64,000 nt of DNA from Promethearchaeota archaeon (GTDB lineage: Archaea > Asgardarchaeota > Lokiarchaeia > Sigyniarchaeales > SOKP01). Where the stretch lies: positions 46,697 to 110,696 of the forward strand of contig JAHPZJ010000019.1 in NCBI GenBank assembly GCA_019058245.1, in the 5' to 3' direction. A model generated the notes under the pieces. That model had not been told where the DNA came from. It did not search any database and saw only the letters and a program-made list of their open reading frames with translations. The position numbers were made by a program, and so were the translations under genes. Shown piece by piece: positions 61,928 to 64,000 of this stretch. Position 1 is the first letter of the stretch; each line of letters starts with the position of its first letter.

Positions 61928-63436
61928 ATGATTGAGAAACCTATAAGATCGGGTGAAGATTACAGAGAAAGCTTACAAGATAGAAATATTAAACTATATT
62001 TATTTGGGGAATTAGTAAAAAATCCAGTAGAACACCCTATCATCAAACCATCTATAAATGCAGTGGCTAAAACTTATGATTTATCAAATAGCAATGAAGA
62101 ACTTGCGACGGCTTATTCGTCGATAAGTGGGAAAAAAGTCAATCGATTTTTACACATTGCCGAAAATCCAGAGGACTTGGTATTTCAAAATAAAATGCAG
62201 AGAAGGTTGGGACAATTAACGGGAACATGTTTTCAGAGATGTGTAGGCATGGACGCTTTAAATACCCTCCATTCTATTACCTATGATATTGATGAAAAAT
62301 ATAACACATCTTATCATCAGAATTTTTTAGAATTCGTGAGAATGGCCCAAGAAAAAAATATCGTTATAGGGGGTGCCATGACGGATCCTAAAGGAGATAG
62401 AAGTAAAAAACCCCATGAACAAGAAGATGCTGATCTATATGTTCATGTAGTAGAAAGAAATGAAAATGGAGTATATGTATCTGGAGCAAAAGCACATCAA
62501 ACTGGTTGTATCAATTCCCATTGGTTAATAATAATGCCAAATACGAGACTAGATAAGGAAGATAAAGATTATGCAATTGTGGGTGCAATCCCCGTAGATG
62601 CACCGAATATTACGTTTATATATGGAAGGCAGTCAAATGATCTAAGACATTTAGAAGGCTCTCAAATAGATACTGGTAATTTTTCTTTTTCAGGTCAAGA
62701 AGCCCTAATAATATTTAACCGAGTGTTTATCCCTAATAATTTGATTTTTTTAAATGGAGAATATGAATTTGCAGGACCACTCGTTGATAGATTTACCAAT
62801 TATCATCGTCGCAGTTATGTATGTAAAACAGGATTGGGAGATGTGTTGATTGGAGCAGCAGCCACCATTGCAGACTATAACAGCGTACCGAATGCATCCC
62901 ACATAAAGGATAAACTCGTAGAAATGAATCACCTAAATGAAACCATATACGGAACGGGAATTTCCTCGTCATATCAATCCTATCAACTAAAATCTGGTGT
63001 ATGGATGTGTGATGACATCTTAGCAAATGTGTGCAAACAACATGTTACGAGATTCCCCTACGAAATTAGTCGATTAGTACAAGATATCGCTGGTGGGTTG
63101 ATGGTAACCCTACCTTCCGAAAAAGATTTTTACCATAATGAGGTAGGACCTTTGCTTTTTAAGTACTTTAAAGGGCGAAAGGATGTATTGGTAGAAAATC
63201 GGGTTAGAATTCTGAGACTTATAGAAAACATGACTCTGGGAAGAAATGCCGTAGCTTACCTAGTCGAATCAATGCACGGGGCAGGATCTCCTCAAGCTCA
63301 GAGAATCGTTCTTTTTAGAAAGATGGAATTAGAATTTAAAAAATTATTGTCGCAAAAATTAGCTGGAATCAAAATAGACGAAAAAAAGTTAAAAAATCTA
63401 CCAGATTTTTATAAAAGAGTTTTTAACGAGCTCTAA
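61928..63436 (+). CDS. abfD: 4-hydroxybutyryl-CoA dehydratase/vinylacetyl-CoA isomerase
   Basis: CFQRCVGMD, MTDPKGDRS, GAKAHQTG, H..SY.CK, ESMHGAGSPQAQ. Confidence 0.9.
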   Translation: MIEKPIRSGEDYRESLQDRNIKLYLFGELVKNPVEHPIIKPSINAVAKTYDLSNSNEELATAYSSISGKKVNRFLHIAENPEDLVFQNKMQRRLGQLTGTCFQRCVGMDALNTLHSITYDIDEKYNTSYHQNFLEFVRMAQEKNIVIGGAMTDPKGDRSKKPHEQEDADLYVHVVERNENGVYVSGAKAHQTGCINSHWLIIMPNTRLDKEDKDYAIVGAIPVDAPNITFIYGRQSNDLRHLEGSQIDTGNFSFSGQEALIIFNRVFIPNNLIFLNGEYEFAGPLVDRFTNYHRRSYVCKTGLGDVLIGAAATIADYNSVPNASHIKDKLVEMNHLNETIYGTGISSSYQSYQLKSGVWMCDDILANVCKQHVTRFPYEISRLVQDIAGGLMVTLPSEKDFYHNEVGPLLFKYFKGRKDVLVENRVRILRLIENMTLGRNAVAYLVESMHGAGSPQAQRIVLFRKMELEFKKLLSQKLAGIKIDEKKLKNLPDFYKRVFNEL

Positions 63437-63616
63437 ATAATTAAAGTAGCTAAAATGAACATTTAGATTAATACTGAAAATAGAGAATAAGGGAACAATC
63501 ACTTTAGATATCTTTTGGAATTAAATTTAAATCATGATTTATTATAAGCTAAAAATTTAAATCGATCATTTTCTTTATTATTATTCTGAAATTCAGACTA
63601 AGATGAGCTGGTAATC

Positions 63617-63739
63617 GTGCGGATAATTATTACAACTACATTTATAATACTTGATGTTGTATTTCAAGCACTGGGTGGACCTGACGAATGCCAAACAAAT
63701 GGTTTTAAAAGGTTGGATGGTCTTTTACTAACAGTATAG
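63617..63739 (+). pseudogene. Degraded N-terminal fragment of a DHFR/RibD C-terminal family gene
   Basis: GTG-started 40-aa frame MRIIITTTFIILDVVFQALGGPDECQTNGFK resembles MRKII..F.TLDGV.QAPGGP.ED..GF; GWM appears in a shifted frame. Confidence 0.6.
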
Positions 63740-63762
63740 AAATAGTTAGGTGTAATTGATAA

Positions 63763-64000
63763 ATGTTCGCTTTACAATTTAAAAAATGTGGAAATCCTGC
63801 TGATGTATTAACGCTCATTGATATTCCTAAACCAAAAATGGATGCTAATGAAGTTTTAATCAAGATGAAGTTCTGTCCAATTAATCCTTCAGATTTATAC
63901 TATATTATGGGAGAATACGGAGTACAACCTTCACTTCCGGCAATTCCTGGATTTGAAGGAATGGGTGTGATCGAATCTCTCGGTAGGAGTATTACTGACT
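63763..64000 (+). CDS. Partial MDR-family enoyl-thioester reductase-like oxidoreductase (runs off the window end)
   Basis: Manual translation MFALQFKKCGNPADVL...PINPSDL..I.G.YG..P.LPAIPGFEG.G. Confidence 0.85.
   Translation, partial: MFALQFKKCGNPADVLTLIDIPKPKMDANEVLIKMKFCPINPSDLYYIMGEYGVQPSLPAIPGFEGMGVIESLGRSITD

Noticed and set aside
3006-63026. Numerous 60-140-aa ORFs antisense to or overlapping long genes (e.g. 3434-3634, 32769-33101, 39545-39958, 62793-63026)
   Set aside because: Shadow frames of well-supported genes, with no recognisable motifs
1-64000. CRISPR array, rRNA, transposase/integrase, selenoprotein UGA read-through
   Set aside because: No regularly spaced repeats, long GC-rich structured RNA, recombinase motifs or homology continuing past a TGA were seen by eye

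Overview
AT-rich archaeal chromosomal window, most consistent with a Lokiarchaeia-type Asgard archaeon. This assignment is inferred from gene content: archaeal information-processing genes (CDC48, FEN1, Nob1, aIF5A, SRP54, Hef, Rpo6, an intron-containing tRNA) occur together with a Rab-like GTPase, a Roadblock protein and large TPR/LRR proteins. Most of the window is housekeeping and metabolism (pur, pyr, nad, dap/asd, TldD/E). A likely accessory lipid/redox block lies at about 11.7-20.2 kb. No CRISPR array, rRNA or transposase was seen. Most notable observations: (1) a 1831-aa SIR2-type NADase fused to several TPR modules with no NTPase domain, a candidate one-gene sensor-effector immune protein; (2) a DapA-fold/APH-kinase-fold fusion in which both active sites look dead, next to a 7TM protein; (3) apparent non-canonical start codons (ATT for aIF5A, ATA for that fusion); (4) tRNA-Val(CAC) with a 32-nt intron at non-canonical position 28/29; (5) a five-gene cassette bounded by 22/24-nt direct repeats; (6) degenerate TrmY-like and NikR-like proteins. 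All calls come from motif recognition by eye; no searches were run.
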